From Candidatus Chryseobacterium colombiense (lineage in GTDB: Bacteria; Bacteroidota; Bacteroidia; Flavobacteriales; Weeksellaceae), in NCBI GenBank assembly GCA_029203185.1, contig CP119310.1:3626052-3690051 (forward strand): DNA of 64,000 nt. Direction: 5' to 3'. The first letter of the stretch is position 1. Each line of letters opens with the position of its first letter. A model generated the notes under the pieces. It saw only the letters and a list, made by a program, of their open reading frames with translations, was not told the origin of the DNA and made no database searches. The position numbers and the translations under genes were made by a program. Positions 44,998-53,571 of this stretch are shown here, piece by piece.

Positions 44998-45492
44998 TTA
45001 TCTTCCGAACATGCTATCGTTCTTATCGGTTCTTGTGCCGTCTTCCAAACGATATTCCTTCAACATTGGATGATATCCAAGATCTTCCATATTTAAAATA
45101 GGTCTAAGATCGGGATGTCCTTTAAATTTAATTCCGAAGAAATCATAAGTTTCTCTTTCCATCCAGTTAGCTCCAGCATATAATTCCACTAAAGAATCAA
45201 CCTCTATATTTTCTCTGGACATGAAGATTTTCAGACGCAATCTGAAGTTGGTCATCATATTGTGTAAATGATAAACCACTCCGATTTCTTTTTCAGGATA
45301 TTCCGGATAATGGATTCCACAAATGTCGGTAAGGAAATTAATTTCCAAAGATGAATCTTTAAGATAATGAATGATCTTTTTGATGTCTTCTTTTTTTACC
45401 TCGATTGTCAGCATTCCATAAGGCTCAGAACTCGCGATTACAGACTCCGGAAATTCTCTTGTGATTGCTTCTAATACAAATTCGTTTGTCAT
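44998..45492 (-). CDS. nuoC: NADH-quinone oxidoreductase subunit C
   Basis: 164 aa with ANWMERETYDFFGIKFKGHPDLR. Confidence 0.95.
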   Translation of the reverse strand: MTNEFVLEAITREFPESVIASSEPYGMLTIEVKKEDIKKIIHYLKDSSLEINFLTDICGIHYPEYPEKEIGVVYHLHNMMTNFRLRLKIFMSRENIEVDSLVELYAGANWMERETYDFFGIKFKGHPDLRPILNMEDLGYHPMLKEYRLEDGTRTDKNDSMFGR

Positions 45493-45497
45493 TTCCG

Positions 45498-46058
45498 TTA
45501 GTTGCTTATGTTGTAAGAATCTAATAATTTCTGATATTCAGGCATATCTCTTCTTCTGATGCTTTCGCTTTCTGCCAAAGCCTGAATCTGCATTACCCCT
45601 TCAATAATCTGCTCCGGTCTTGGAGGACATCCAGGAACATAAACATCTACAGGGATAATTTTATCGATACCCTGTAATACAGAATACGTATCAAAAATAC
45701 CACCGCTGGAAGCACAAGCTCCAACTGCTACCACCCATTTCGGCTCTGCCATCTGAGTGTAAACTTCTTTTAGGACAGGTCCTAATTTCTTAGATATAGT
45801 TCCGCAAACCATCAGCATATCTGCCTGTCTTGGTGAGAAAGAGTTTCTTTCCATACCAAATCTTGAAGCATCATACGTCGGGTTCAGGGTAGCCATAAAC
45901 TCGATACCACAACAAGAGGTTGCAAAAGGTAACGGCCAAAGTGAAAACTTTCTAGCCATCCCGATTACACTGCTCAGTTTCGTTGCGAAAAACCCTTCTC
46001 CTTCAAATCCTTCCGGAGCAGGTGCATCTGTTCTTATTACTGGTTTGTTATCTGACAT
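45498..46058 (-). CDS. nuoB: NADH-quinone oxidoreductase subunit B
   Basis: 186 aa with ATSCCGIEF, ACASSGG and GCPPRPE (N2 cluster ligands). Confidence 0.95.
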   Translation of the reverse strand: MSDNKPVIRTDAPAPEGFEGEGFFATKLSSVIGMARKFSLWPLPFATSCCGIEFMATLNPTYDASRFGMERNSFSPRQADMLMVCGTISKKLGPVLKEVYTQMAEPKWVVAVGACASSGGIFDTYSVLQGIDKIIPVDVYVPGCPPRPEQIIEGVMQIQALAESESIRRRDMPEYQKLLDSYNISN

Positions 46059-46063
46059 TTTAG

Positions 46064-46161
46064 TAGATTTTAGATTTTAAATTTTAGATTCTAAATTATT
46101 GTTAATGTTAACCTTAATCGAAAATCACCATCTAAAATTTGTAATTTAAAATTTATAATTT
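46064..46161. repeat. nuoB-nuoA intercistronic spacer with the same two word classes
   Basis: TAGATTTTAGATTTTAAATTTTAGATTCTAAAT (46064-46097) and AAAATTTGTAATTTAAAATTTATAATTT (46135-46161). Confidence 0.7.
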
Positions 46162-46162
46162 C

Positions 46163-46534
46163 TTATTTATCCCAATCTAATGCGCCACGTTTCCAGACAT
46201 AAAAAAATGCCATGAAGAAAATCGCCACGAATGTAAGTACTGCTAAGAATCCTTCCATTCCGAATTCTCTGAAGTTAACTGCATATGGATAAAAAAATAC
46301 GATTTCAATATCGAATAATACGAATAATACCGCTGTCAAAAAGTATTTGATGGAAAACGGCGTTCTTGCATTTCCTTCTACCGGGACACCACATTCCCAG
46401 CTTTGGTTTTTCACAGAATTTCCTTTTTTCTGTTTGGGTCCTAAAAAATGCGCTCCAAGCAAAGAAATGGCTACGAAACCTATCGCAACACCTGCTTGTA
46501 AAAGGATTGGAATATAACTTTCAGGTAAATTCAT
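46163..46534 (-). CDS. nuoA: NADH-quinone oxidoreductase subunit A
   Basis: 123 aa with three TM helices and YECG-like WECG plus FDIEIVFFYP. Confidence 0.95.
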   Translation of the reverse strand: MNLPESYIPILLQAGVAIGFVAISLLGAHFLGPKQKKGNSVKNQSWECGVPVEGNARTPFSIKYFLTAVLFVLFDIEIVFFYPYAVNFREFGMEGFLAVLTFVAIFFMAFFYVWKRGALDWDK

Positions 46535-46557
46535 TTTTGCATTATTATCTCAATTTG

Positions 46558-46565
46558 CAAATTTA
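46558..46565 (-). promoter_or_regulatory. -7 box TAAATTTG for the nuo operon
   Basis: The plus strand reads CAAATTTA, 24 nt upstream of the nuoA ATG. Confidence 0.45.
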
Positions 46566-46655
46566 GCGAATAAACAAGAAAGCATGAAATTTATCAGCTT
46601 TAAAATAGGATGAAAATAGGAAAAACTGATAATTTAGAATCAATAAAAATAGCGG

Positions 46656-46832
46656 TTATTTTTTCATTTTTTTAAGCAGAGCAAAGGCCATAAATGCTAT
46701 ATAGCCAAATAAGACGCTTGCATACATTATGTTAACTACAGTATTCATTCTGTCATCTTCTATTCTGAAAAAGAAATTGTAAACAATAAATCCTGCGATT
46801 AAAATGGCGAAAACAATAAGATGTGGTTTCAT
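46656..46832 (-). CDS. small hydrophobic protein (58 aa), not in the ORF track
   Basis: Own translation: MKPHLIVFAILIAGFIVYNFFFRIEDDRMNTVVNIMYASVLFGYIAFMAFALLKKMKK. It has two predicted TM helices and falls below the 60-aa track cutoff. Confidence 0.35.
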   Translation of the reverse strand: MKPHLIVFAILIAGFIVYNFFFRIEDDRMNTVVNIMYASVLFGYIAFMAFALLKKMKK

Positions 46833-46870
46833 TAAAAAATATTAAAATGTTAAGGCGAAGCAATTGCCTT

Positions 46871-48004
46871 TTATTTGTTACCAATATTGAGTGAATAAGT
46901 TCTTCTCCTTTTGTGATTTACAGGATTATAGTCCTGCCACAGCAGCTGTACGCTTTTGTTTTCTTCCAGTTCAGGATTGGTTTCCAGATATTTTACTCCT
47001 TTTTGTCTGAATAATTTCCAGATTTCTTTGAAAATAATAGAAGTTACGCCTCTTCTTTGGTAATCCGGATGAATGCCGATTAAATAAAAATTAGCTCTGT
47101 CATTTTTCTTGCCTGCTTGTAAAAAATGCCACCATCCGAATGGTAAAAGTTTTCCTTTAGATTTTTGTAAGGCTTTCGAATAGGAAGGCATTGTGATCGC
47201 AAAGGCAACCAGTTGATTAGATGCATCGGCAACACATACGATATAATCTTTGTTGATCAGCTTAAAATATTTTTCTTTATATGTTTTGCGCTGTTCATCG
47301 GAAATAGGAGTGTAGGTTGAAAGATGCTTGTAGGTCTCGTCCAAAAGGTCAAACATGGGATCAACGTATTCAATAATCTCTTCTTTAGTTTTAAATTCTA
47401 AAACTTTAAGATGATATTTTTGAGAAATCAATTCGTTGAACTTGTGTATTTTATCAGGTAGTGTTTCCGGAAACTGTAGTTCAAATTCCACCCATTCCTT
47501 TTCTTTTACCAAGCCGAGTTTTTCAAGATGTTTCGGATAGTACTCATGATTGTAAATTCCGATCATCGTTGCCAATTTGTCAAAACCTAATGTCAGCATT
47601 CCTGCTTTGTCCAGATTGGTGAAGCCCATTGGTCCTTCAATAGTGTCAATATTTTTCTCCTTAGCAAAATCTATGGCGGTCTGAATTAACGACTGAGAAA
47701 CTTCTTCGTCATCAATAAAATCGATCCATCCGAAACGGACTTTTCTGATTCCCAGTTCCTTTTCTTCCTTGTGGTTGATGATTACGGCAATTCTGCCAAC
47801 GATATTGTTGTTTTTATATGCTAAAAACTGTTTGGCTTCAGAATATTGAAGGGCAGGATTTTGCTTAGGATTCCAGATGTTCATTTCATCATTGATGAAT
47901 GCCGGAACATAGTTGGGATTGTTTTTATATAAATCCATCGGAAATCGGACAAATTTCTTGGCCTGATCCGGTGTTTTTACTTCAATAATGGAGATTTTCG
48001 ACAT
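46871..48004 (-). CDS. GNAT-family N-acetyltransferase-like protein
   Basis: 377 aa. IGIHPDYQRRGVTSIIFKEI is an acetyl-CoA-binding Q/RxxGxG/A-type motif. Confidence 0.65.
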   Translation of the reverse strand: MSKISIIEVKTPDQAKKFVRFPMDLYKNNPNYVPAFINDEMNIWNPKQNPALQYSEAKQFLAYKNNNIVGRIAVIINHKEEKELGIRKVRFGWIDFIDDEEVSQSLIQTAIDFAKEKNIDTIEGPMGFTNLDKAGMLTLGFDKLATMIGIYNHEYYPKHLEKLGLVKEKEWVEFELQFPETLPDKIHKFNELISQKYHLKVLEFKTKEEIIEYVDPMFDLLDETYKHLSTYTPISDEQRKTYKEKYFKLINKDYIVCVADASNQLVAFAITMPSYSKALQKSKGKLLPFGWWHFLQAGKKNDRANFYLIGIHPDYQRRGVTSIIFKEIWKLFRQKGVKYLETNPELEENKSVQLLWQDYNPVNHKRRRTYSLNIGNK

Positions 48005-48028
48005 AATGTAGGACGCTAATTAGACAGA

Positions 48029-48036
48029 CAAATATA
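48029..48036 (-). promoter_or_regulatory. -7 box TATATTTG for the GNAT gene
   Basis: The plus strand reads CAAATATA, 25 nt upstream of the ATG at 48004. Confidence 0.4.
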
Positions 48037-48110
48037 ATTAATTAAATACAATACTTTGGCACAGTTTTTACATCAAAATAGTAAAAAAAACACATTTAAA
48101 ATCTAATAAA

Positions 48111-48821
48111 ATGATAGGTTATTATATAATTATCGGTATTTCGATGCTGGTAAGCTGGTGGGTTTCATCGAAATTAAAATCAAAATTTGCATATTATTCC
48201 AATGTATATCTTCACAACGGGCTTTCAGGGAAGGAGGTTGCAGAGAAGATGTTAAGAGATAACGGGATCACAGATGTTCAGGTAATTTCGGTTCCGGGAC
48301 AATTAACGGATCATTACAACCCTGAAAATAAAACAGTAAATCTTTCCGAAGGTGTTTATATGCAGAGAAATGCTGCCGCTGCCGCAGTTGCTGCCCATGA
48401 ATGTGGACACGCCGTTCAACATGCTAAAGGATATTCCATGCTCCAGCTACGTTCTAAGCTTGTTCCTGTAGTAAGTATAAGTTCTAATTTAATGCAGTTC
48501 GTTCTGATTGCGGGGATTATGATTATGGCTGCAACCCGTACAATTGATAATCCTACGGGAAATAGACTGGTATTGGGAATAGGGGTTCTGATGTTTGCAT
48601 TTACGACTTTGTTTGCTTTTGTGACACTTCCTGTGGAGTATGATGCGAGTAACAGAGCGATGAAATGGCTGAAAGACACAGGAACTGTAACTTCTGAAGA
48701 ATATGTCGGAGTACAGGATAGTTTAAAATGGGCGGCAAGAACTTATGTTGTGGCTGCTATCGGTTCACTCGCGCAACTTCTCTACTGGCTCTCTTTATTT
48801 ATGGGCGGAAGAAGAGATTAA
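48111..48821 (+). CDS. zinc metallopeptidase (YugP/Zn_peptidase_2 family)
   Basis: 236 aa with TM segments and AAHECGHAVQH (HExxH). Confidence 0.85.
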   Translation: MIGYYIIIGISMLVSWWVSSKLKSKFAYYSNVYLHNGLSGKEVAEKMLRDNGITDVQVISVPGQLTDHYNPENKTVNLSEGVYMQRNAAAAAVAAHECGHAVQHAKGYSMLQLRSKLVPVVSISSNLMQFVLIAGIMIMAATRTIDNPTGNRLVLGIGVLMFAFTTLFAFVTLPVEYDASNRAMKWLKDTGTVTSEEYVGVQDSLKWAARTYVVAAIGSLAQLLYWLSLFMGGRRD

Positions 48822-49420
48822 TCTTTAAATTTAAATGAAACATACTGCATCTCGGACAATTTGTCCGAGATGTTTTCTTTTTGCGCAATTTTTAGTGAAG
48901 CTGTAAGAATACAATTTTCTTGAGTGTCAAAACTCAACACTTTAGCATCAAATTTTGAAAGAAGGGTAAAGATGGTATTTTGCTGATTAAACTGAAACTG
49001 AATCTCGATTTCTGTTTCTAATTCTTTGGTAATGATATTGGCTTCTTCTAATGTAATTTTCGCCGATTCTTTATAGGCTTTTACCAATCCTGAAACACCC
49101 AGTTTTGTGCCTCCATAATAACGAACGGATATCACTAAAACATTGGTAATTTCATTAGCTAATAATTGATTGTAAATTGGTAAACCAGCACTTCCGGAAG
49201 GTTCTCCATCGTCATTGGCTCGATAATTTTCGCCATTCAAGCCTATTCGGAATGCATAACAATGATGCGTTGCTTTGGGGTGTTCTGTTCTTACTTTTTC
49301 TAAAGCGTCTTTTAGTTCATTCTCATTATTAACAGGATAGGCAAACCCAATGAATTTACTTCCCTTTTCTTTTAATAGGGTGTTTTCTACTGCAGATTCT
49401 ATCGTCTTAAAACTGAACAT
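48818..49420 (-). CDS. yigZ: YigZ/IMPACT family protein
   Basis: 200 aa with KGSKFIGFAYPV, HHCYAFRIG, DDGEPSGSAGLPI and RYYGGTKLG. Confidence 0.9.
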   Translation of the reverse strand: MFSFKTIESAVENTLLKEKGSKFIGFAYPVNNENELKDALEKVRTEHPKATHHCYAFRIGLNGENYRANDDGEPSGSAGLPIYNQLLANEITNVLVISVRYYGGTKLGVSGLVKAYKESAKITLEEANIITKELETEIEIQFQFNQQNTIFTLLSKFDAKVLSFDTQENCILTASLKIAQKENISDKLSEMQYVSFKFKD

Positions 49421-49493
49421 ATTTTATAAAGAAAGCTGATGGCGCCTTGAATTTAGAATTAATTTTCAAATTTAAAGTTTTTTAAATACCGTA

Positions 49494-49518
49494 CAAAAAA
49501 AGAGAACTGTTAAGTTCC
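49494..49518 (-). terminator. terminator after the small Cys-rich peptide gene
   Basis: On the minus strand, GAACT-TAAC-AGTTC is followed by a T-run (plus-strand A-run 49494-49501). Confidence 0.5.
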
Positions 49519-49544
49519 CCTATGTTTTAATTGTTTTAAGAAAT

Positions 49545-49703
49545 TTAGCAGAATGTATTTGTAGGCCTGCAACCATCTGGGCACCATTTTTCTCCTGCAG
49601 GACATGGGCAAACTTTGGTTCCGTTAGCTAAGTAATAGCAAGTTTGAGCTCCTCCGTTTACGGACTTTAATTCTTTTTTTGATAATTTTCTTAGATTTTT
49701 CAT
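49545..49703 (-). CDS. double-glycine-leader, Cys-rich bacteriocin-like peptide
   Basis: MKNLRKLSKKELKSVNGG then AQTCYYLANGTKVCPCPAGEKWCPDGCRPTNTFC. This is the classic Bacteroidota KKLSKKELKxIxGG leader with a 34-aa core carrying 6 Cys. Start moved to the internal Met at 49703. Confidence 0.7.
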   Translation of the reverse strand: MKNLRKLSKKELKSVNGGAQTCYYLANGTKVCPCPAGEKWCPDGCRPTNTFC

Positions 49704-49805
49704 GATAATAATTTTTAGTTTCATCATGAAATTACATAATTCATTTCAAAGTATGGTGAAAAAATATTAAATATTTATTATGTTAAATTATTGATAATTA
49801 GTTGG

Positions 49806-50834
49806 TTAATTCTTGAGTTGATAGGATTCAATAGTGTTATTTCTGATTGTTTCGGATTTATAAGGCTTCATTTTGTTTAGAATAGGAGCATTTGTTCCAT
49901 TTTCAAGCTTCAGGTCTTCATTTTTAATAATAATTGCCTCATCCCAAAGATTTTCATCAATAAATTGCTGTAAAGTAAATCTTCCTCCTTCAATAATAAC
50001 GGACTGGATCTGTTCTTTATATAAAGCATTCATTAGATCATTCAGGAAGTTTTCTTTATTAATTTTAATAAAATGAATGTTATTTTGAATTTCCTGTTTT
50101 ACAGTATTGATAACAATCGTTTTTGCTTCTTTATTATATATGCTGAAATCCTGAGGAACTTTCAGATCAAAATCAATTAAGATCCTTACAGGATTAATAC
50201 CCTTTACATTTCTTACTGTTAAACTTGGATTGTCATTCAGTGCGGTTTGCGTTCCGACTAAAATCGCATGTTCATCGGCTCTTAACTGATGAACGAATTG
50301 ATTGACTAAAGCATTGGAAATAGAAGTGGGCTTAAAATCTTTATCCAAAAATCCATCCCCGGACTCTGCCCATTTCAAAATGATATAAGGTCTTTTCTTT
50401 TCGTGATAGGTGAAAAAACGTTTGTTGAGTTCAGTACATTCTTTTTCTAGAATTCCAGAAACCACTTCAATACCTGCATCCTGAATGATTTTTTTACCTT
50501 TTCCATTTACTTTGTCATGAGAATCCATAGCTCCGATTACTACTTTTTTAAACCCTAATTCTTTAATTTTTAAAGCACATGGCGGTGTTTTTCCGTAATG
50601 TGCACAGGGTTCCAGCGAAACATAGATTGTAGATTCCGGGATTAAACTTTTATCTTTAACGGAATTGATCGCATTGATTTCCGCATGAGGTTCTCCTGCT
50701 TTATGATGATAGCCTTCACCAATTATTTTTCCGTTATGAACAATTACACTTCCTACCAAAGGATTGGGATAGGTATTGCCGATGGCTTTTTGAGCCAGCT
50801 CAATACATCTTCTGATATAAAATTCGTCTTGCAT
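49806..50834 (-). CDS. ribD: bifunctional riboflavin biosynthesis deaminase/reductase RibD
   Basis: HAEINA and PCAHYGKTPPC deaminase zinc motifs plus a C-terminal reductase domain. Start placed at the ATG at 50834 (MQDEFYIRRCIELA). Confidence 0.9.
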   Translation of the reverse strand: MQDEFYIRRCIELAQKAIGNTYPNPLVGSVIVHNGKIIGEGYHHKAGEPHAEINAINSVKDKSLIPESTIYVSLEPCAHYGKTPPCALKIKELGFKKVVIGAMDSHDKVNGKGKKIIQDAGIEVVSGILEKECTELNKRFFTYHEKKRPYIILKWAESGDGFLDKDFKPTSISNALVNQFVHQLRADEHAILVGTQTALNDNPSLTVRNVKGINPVRILIDFDLKVPQDFSIYNKEAKTIVINTVKQEIQNNIHFIKINKENFLNDLMNALYKEQIQSVIIEGGRFTLQQFIDENLWDEAIIIKNEDLKLENGTNAPILNKMKPYKSETIRNNTIESYQLKN

Positions 50835-50894
50835 ATTGAATGAAAAAAGCGAAGTCAAATTGCTTTGCTCCGCCTTTTTAGATTTTTTATAAGT

Positions 50895-52703
50895 TTATTC
50901 TCCTGCGATAATGCTGTGAAGATTTTGTCTTAAGGTTTCTAAATGAGCTTTTTTCTCGTCAATTGTATTGAAAGTATCTTTCAATAGAGGGTTTTCTCTC
51001 GATGGTTTGTTGAAGAAAGCTAAATTGTTTTCCAGCTTTACGATTTCAGCTTCAAGATCCGAGATCTGGCTCTTGATTTTTCTGGCTTTGTCAGTAAGCT
51101 GGTTTTCGGATAATCCTTCTTCTTTAAGTTCCAGCTCGTTGATTTTATTTAATTTTAATTTTTCTCTCAACGCTTTATTAAACTCAGAATTGATGGAGAT
51201 TTTTTCTCTAGGAACTTTTCCAATATTATTCCATGCTGTTTTAATCGCTTCAATCTTTTCGATGCTGCCGTCTTCATTAGTAACGGTTTTCAGCTCTTCG
51301 AGAAGTTCTTTTTTATGTTTGTAATTCTCCTTCCAGTTATCGGTAGAAGTATTACTTTTTTCTCTGTAATTATTGAAAAATGTATTACAAGCATCACGGA
51401 ATTCATCCCATATCTTATTCGTCATGCTTTTAGGGACGTGACCAATTTTTTTCCAGTCTTCCTGAAGTTTTTTGAAGAGAGGCACAGCGATGTCCCATTC
51501 TTCACTATTCATATTGTCTTTAGCGGTCTGGATAAGTTTTAGCTTTTCTTCCAGATGACTTTGCTGAGAACCTTTTAATGACTTGTAATAATTGTTTTTC
51601 GTTGTGTTGAAGTTTCTTAATGTCGTTTTGAAATCAGTCCAGTTCTGATTGGAAAGCTTTCTTGGAACGCTTCCGGTTTTCAAAAATTCTGAACGAAGAT
51701 CCTCGACTCTTCGGATGGCATTTTGCCAATAATTATGATTAGGAGTTTCTGCAGGTTCCGAAAGTTTCTTGATTTCAGCAATGATCTGGTTCTTTTTCTC
51801 CAGATTAACGCTTTGCTCAGATTCTATCGCAGCAGAAAGTTCAGATTTTCTCTCGTGTATTTTGTTGGAAATTTCTTTAAATTCTTCCCAGGTTTTTTCA
51901 CGGAATTCTTCAGCAACCGGTTCAGCTTCTTCTTTCCAAAGTTTGTGAAGATACTGAAGTTCATTAAGTGCTTTCTGAATTACAGGTTCATTCTCAAGTT
52001 CTTTTGCACGTTCTATGATATGCTGTCTTTTCTCAAGATTGTGGCTGTATTCCTGCTCAAGAAACTCTTTATTTAAATCCAGCATCTGATAAAACTGATT
52101 CAGATGGTGGAAGTAATTGTTGTTAAGAATTTTAAATTCAGATTTGGCAACCTGTCCGGCTTTTGACCATTCTTCTTTTATTTCACGGATTGATTTAAAA
52201 AGGTTGGTTCCTGGTTCTGAATTCGTATATAGGTTTTTAAGTCTTTCGATAATATTTTGACGGTGTTCAAGGCTTTTCTTTTGCTCTTCTTCCTGTCCTT
52301 TCTGATAAGAATCGTGCTTTTCTCTGAAGATATTGATTAAAGCAGAAAGTTTAGCCTGTGAAGGATGCTCATAACTGAAATTTTCAGGAGCGTTTCCTCC
52401 TTCCACATATTCATGTTTTTTATCTTCTGTTTCATCATGAATATAGTGACTTGCTTTTTCTTTTAAAAGGTTGAATTTTTTGAAATTTTCACCAGCATTA
52501 GGTAAGTTGATGATTTTTTCCATTTCTTTTAAAGCATCCGCTAAAGAAATTTCAACTTCTTCTTCCTGATCTTCTACAGAATCTGCATCTTCATCATGAG
52601 GAGGCTCATGAGAAGGAACGGCTTCTTCTGATGGATTCTGTTGAGATACTTCTTGAACATTTTTCTTTTCTTCGTTTTCAGAAAGATTGTTTTCTGTAGT
52701 CAT
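50895..52703 (-). CDS. DUF349 domain-containing protein
   Basis: 602 aa. An acidic N-terminus is followed by repeated units of about 75 aa with a W..F......F pattern (e.g. KEEWSKAGQV, WKEEAEPVAEEF, QEDWKKIGHVP, KTAWNNIGKVP). Confidence 0.75.
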   Translation of the reverse strand: MTTENNLSENEEKKNVQEVSQQNPSEEAVPSHEPPHDEDADSVEDQEEEVEISLADALKEMEKIINLPNAGENFKKFNLLKEKASHYIHDETEDKKHEYVEGGNAPENFSYEHPSQAKLSALINIFREKHDSYQKGQEEEQKKSLEHRQNIIERLKNLYTNSEPGTNLFKSIREIKEEWSKAGQVAKSEFKILNNNYFHHLNQFYQMLDLNKEFLEQEYSHNLEKRQHIIERAKELENEPVIQKALNELQYLHKLWKEEAEPVAEEFREKTWEEFKEISNKIHERKSELSAAIESEQSVNLEKKNQIIAEIKKLSEPAETPNHNYWQNAIRRVEDLRSEFLKTGSVPRKLSNQNWTDFKTTLRNFNTTKNNYYKSLKGSQQSHLEEKLKLIQTAKDNMNSEEWDIAVPLFKKLQEDWKKIGHVPKSMTNKIWDEFRDACNTFFNNYREKSNTSTDNWKENYKHKKELLEELKTVTNEDGSIEKIEAIKTAWNNIGKVPREKISINSEFNKALREKLKLNKINELELKEEGLSENQLTDKARKIKSQISDLEAEIVKLENNLAFFNKPSRENPLLKDTFNTIDEKKAHLETLRQNLHSIIAGE

Positions 52704-52776
52704 AGCAAGTCTTTTATGTGAGTGGCATTAATATCTTTTAAATATAGCAAAAAGCCAATTAAAACACTAATTTATG

Positions 52777-53514
52777 TTATTTTTTTTGAAAATTCCAAAT
52801 TTCCCAGGCTTTTTCTGCCTGCTGTTCCAGCATATAGTATCCATTCACGGTTTTTGCTCCTTTTTCAGAGGCATTGATGATGAATTGGGTGTAATTGGGA
52901 TTGTAAATTAAGTCAATAACCAGGTGGTTTTTAGAGAGTCCTTCAAAAGGAAATTTCAGGCAGTCTTCTACATTCGGAAAAGTTCCTACGGGGGTACATT
53001 GAATAATAATAGGATGGTTTTCCACCGTTGCCTGATCTAAATTGTCAAAGTTGATTTCCGTAGTTCTGGAAACTGTAATAGAGCTGATTCCGTGCTTGTT
53101 CAAAACATACTGTACGGCTTTTGCAGCTCCGCCGTTACCTAGAATAAGAGCCGTGTTTTGATGGGGTTTTTTATGAAGAAGCAGTGTTTTTTCAAACCCG
53201 AAAGCATCCGTATTATATCCTGTTTTCTTTCCGTCCTGAATTAGAACACAATTAACAGCACCTATTTTCTGAGCTTCATCGCTCAGTTCATCAAGATAAT
53301 CAATTATTTTTTCTTTGTACGGAATTGTTACATTAAATCCCAAAAGGCCTGAGGTGGAAAATAACTGCTCAACCTCATGTATTTCATTCAAGTCAAAAAT
53401 ACTATAAGAAAAATCTTTCAGCATGAGTTTCTGAAATTTATCTTCAAAGAACTTTTTTGAAAAAGAATACGAGATGTTACGTCCTATTAAGCCTAATTTT
53501 GTATTGGAAATCAT
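52777..53514 (-). CDS. aroE: shikimate dehydrogenase
   Basis: 245 aa with LGLIGRNISYSFS, FNVTIPYK, GAVNC, NTD and LGNGGAAKA. Confidence 0.9.
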   Translation of the reverse strand: MISNTKLGLIGRNISYSFSKKFFEDKFQKLMLKDFSYSIFDLNEIHEVEQLFSTSGLLGFNVTIPYKEKIIDYLDELSDEAQKIGAVNCVLIQDGKKTGYNTDAFGFEKTLLLHKKPHQNTALILGNGGAAKAVQYVLNKHGISSITVSRTTEINFDNLDQATVENHPIIIQCTPVGTFPNVEDCLKFPFEGLSKNHLVIDLIYNPNYTQFIINASEKGAKTVNGYYMLEQQAEKAWEIWNFQKK

Positions 53515-53523
53515 ACTTCAAAA

Positions 53524-53554
53524 ATAAAAAAAAGACCGAGAATTTCGGTCTTTT
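53524..53554 (-). terminator. rho-independent terminator after the nuclease gene
   Basis: AAGACCGA (53532-53539) pairs with TCGGTCTT (53545-53552). A long T-run follows on the minus strand (plus-strand A-run 53524-53533). Confidence 0.7.
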
Positions 53555-53571
53555 ATAAATTAATTTTGTAT

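Noticed and set aside
43651-46161. AGATTTTA-type repeats as a possible CRISPR array or degenerate tandem-repeat locus
   Set aside because: The units are 8 nt with no spacers, total under 35 nt per site, and lie inside an operon. This is incompatible with CRISPR, so they are reported instead as intercistronic word repeats.
50835-50894. Possible FMN riboswitch upstream of ribD
   Set aside because: Only about 60 nt separate ribD from the upstream DUF349 gene. That is too short for an FMN aptamer plus expression platform, and I saw no conserved FMN-element core sequence.
51723-52076. 117-aa and other plus-strand ORFs (50968..51324, 51315..51542) antisense to the DUF349 gene
   Set aside because: The sense strand encodes a long protein with periodic DUF349 repeats. 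The antisense frames are F/L/R-rich mirror artefacts of the K/E-rich sense sequence.
53519-53526. CAAAAATA (minus strand TATTTTTG), a -7-like box upstream of aroE
   Set aside because: It ends 5 nt from the aroE ATG, so transcription from it would start at or inside the start codon. It also overlaps the A-run of the upstream terminator, and is probably a compositional coincidence.
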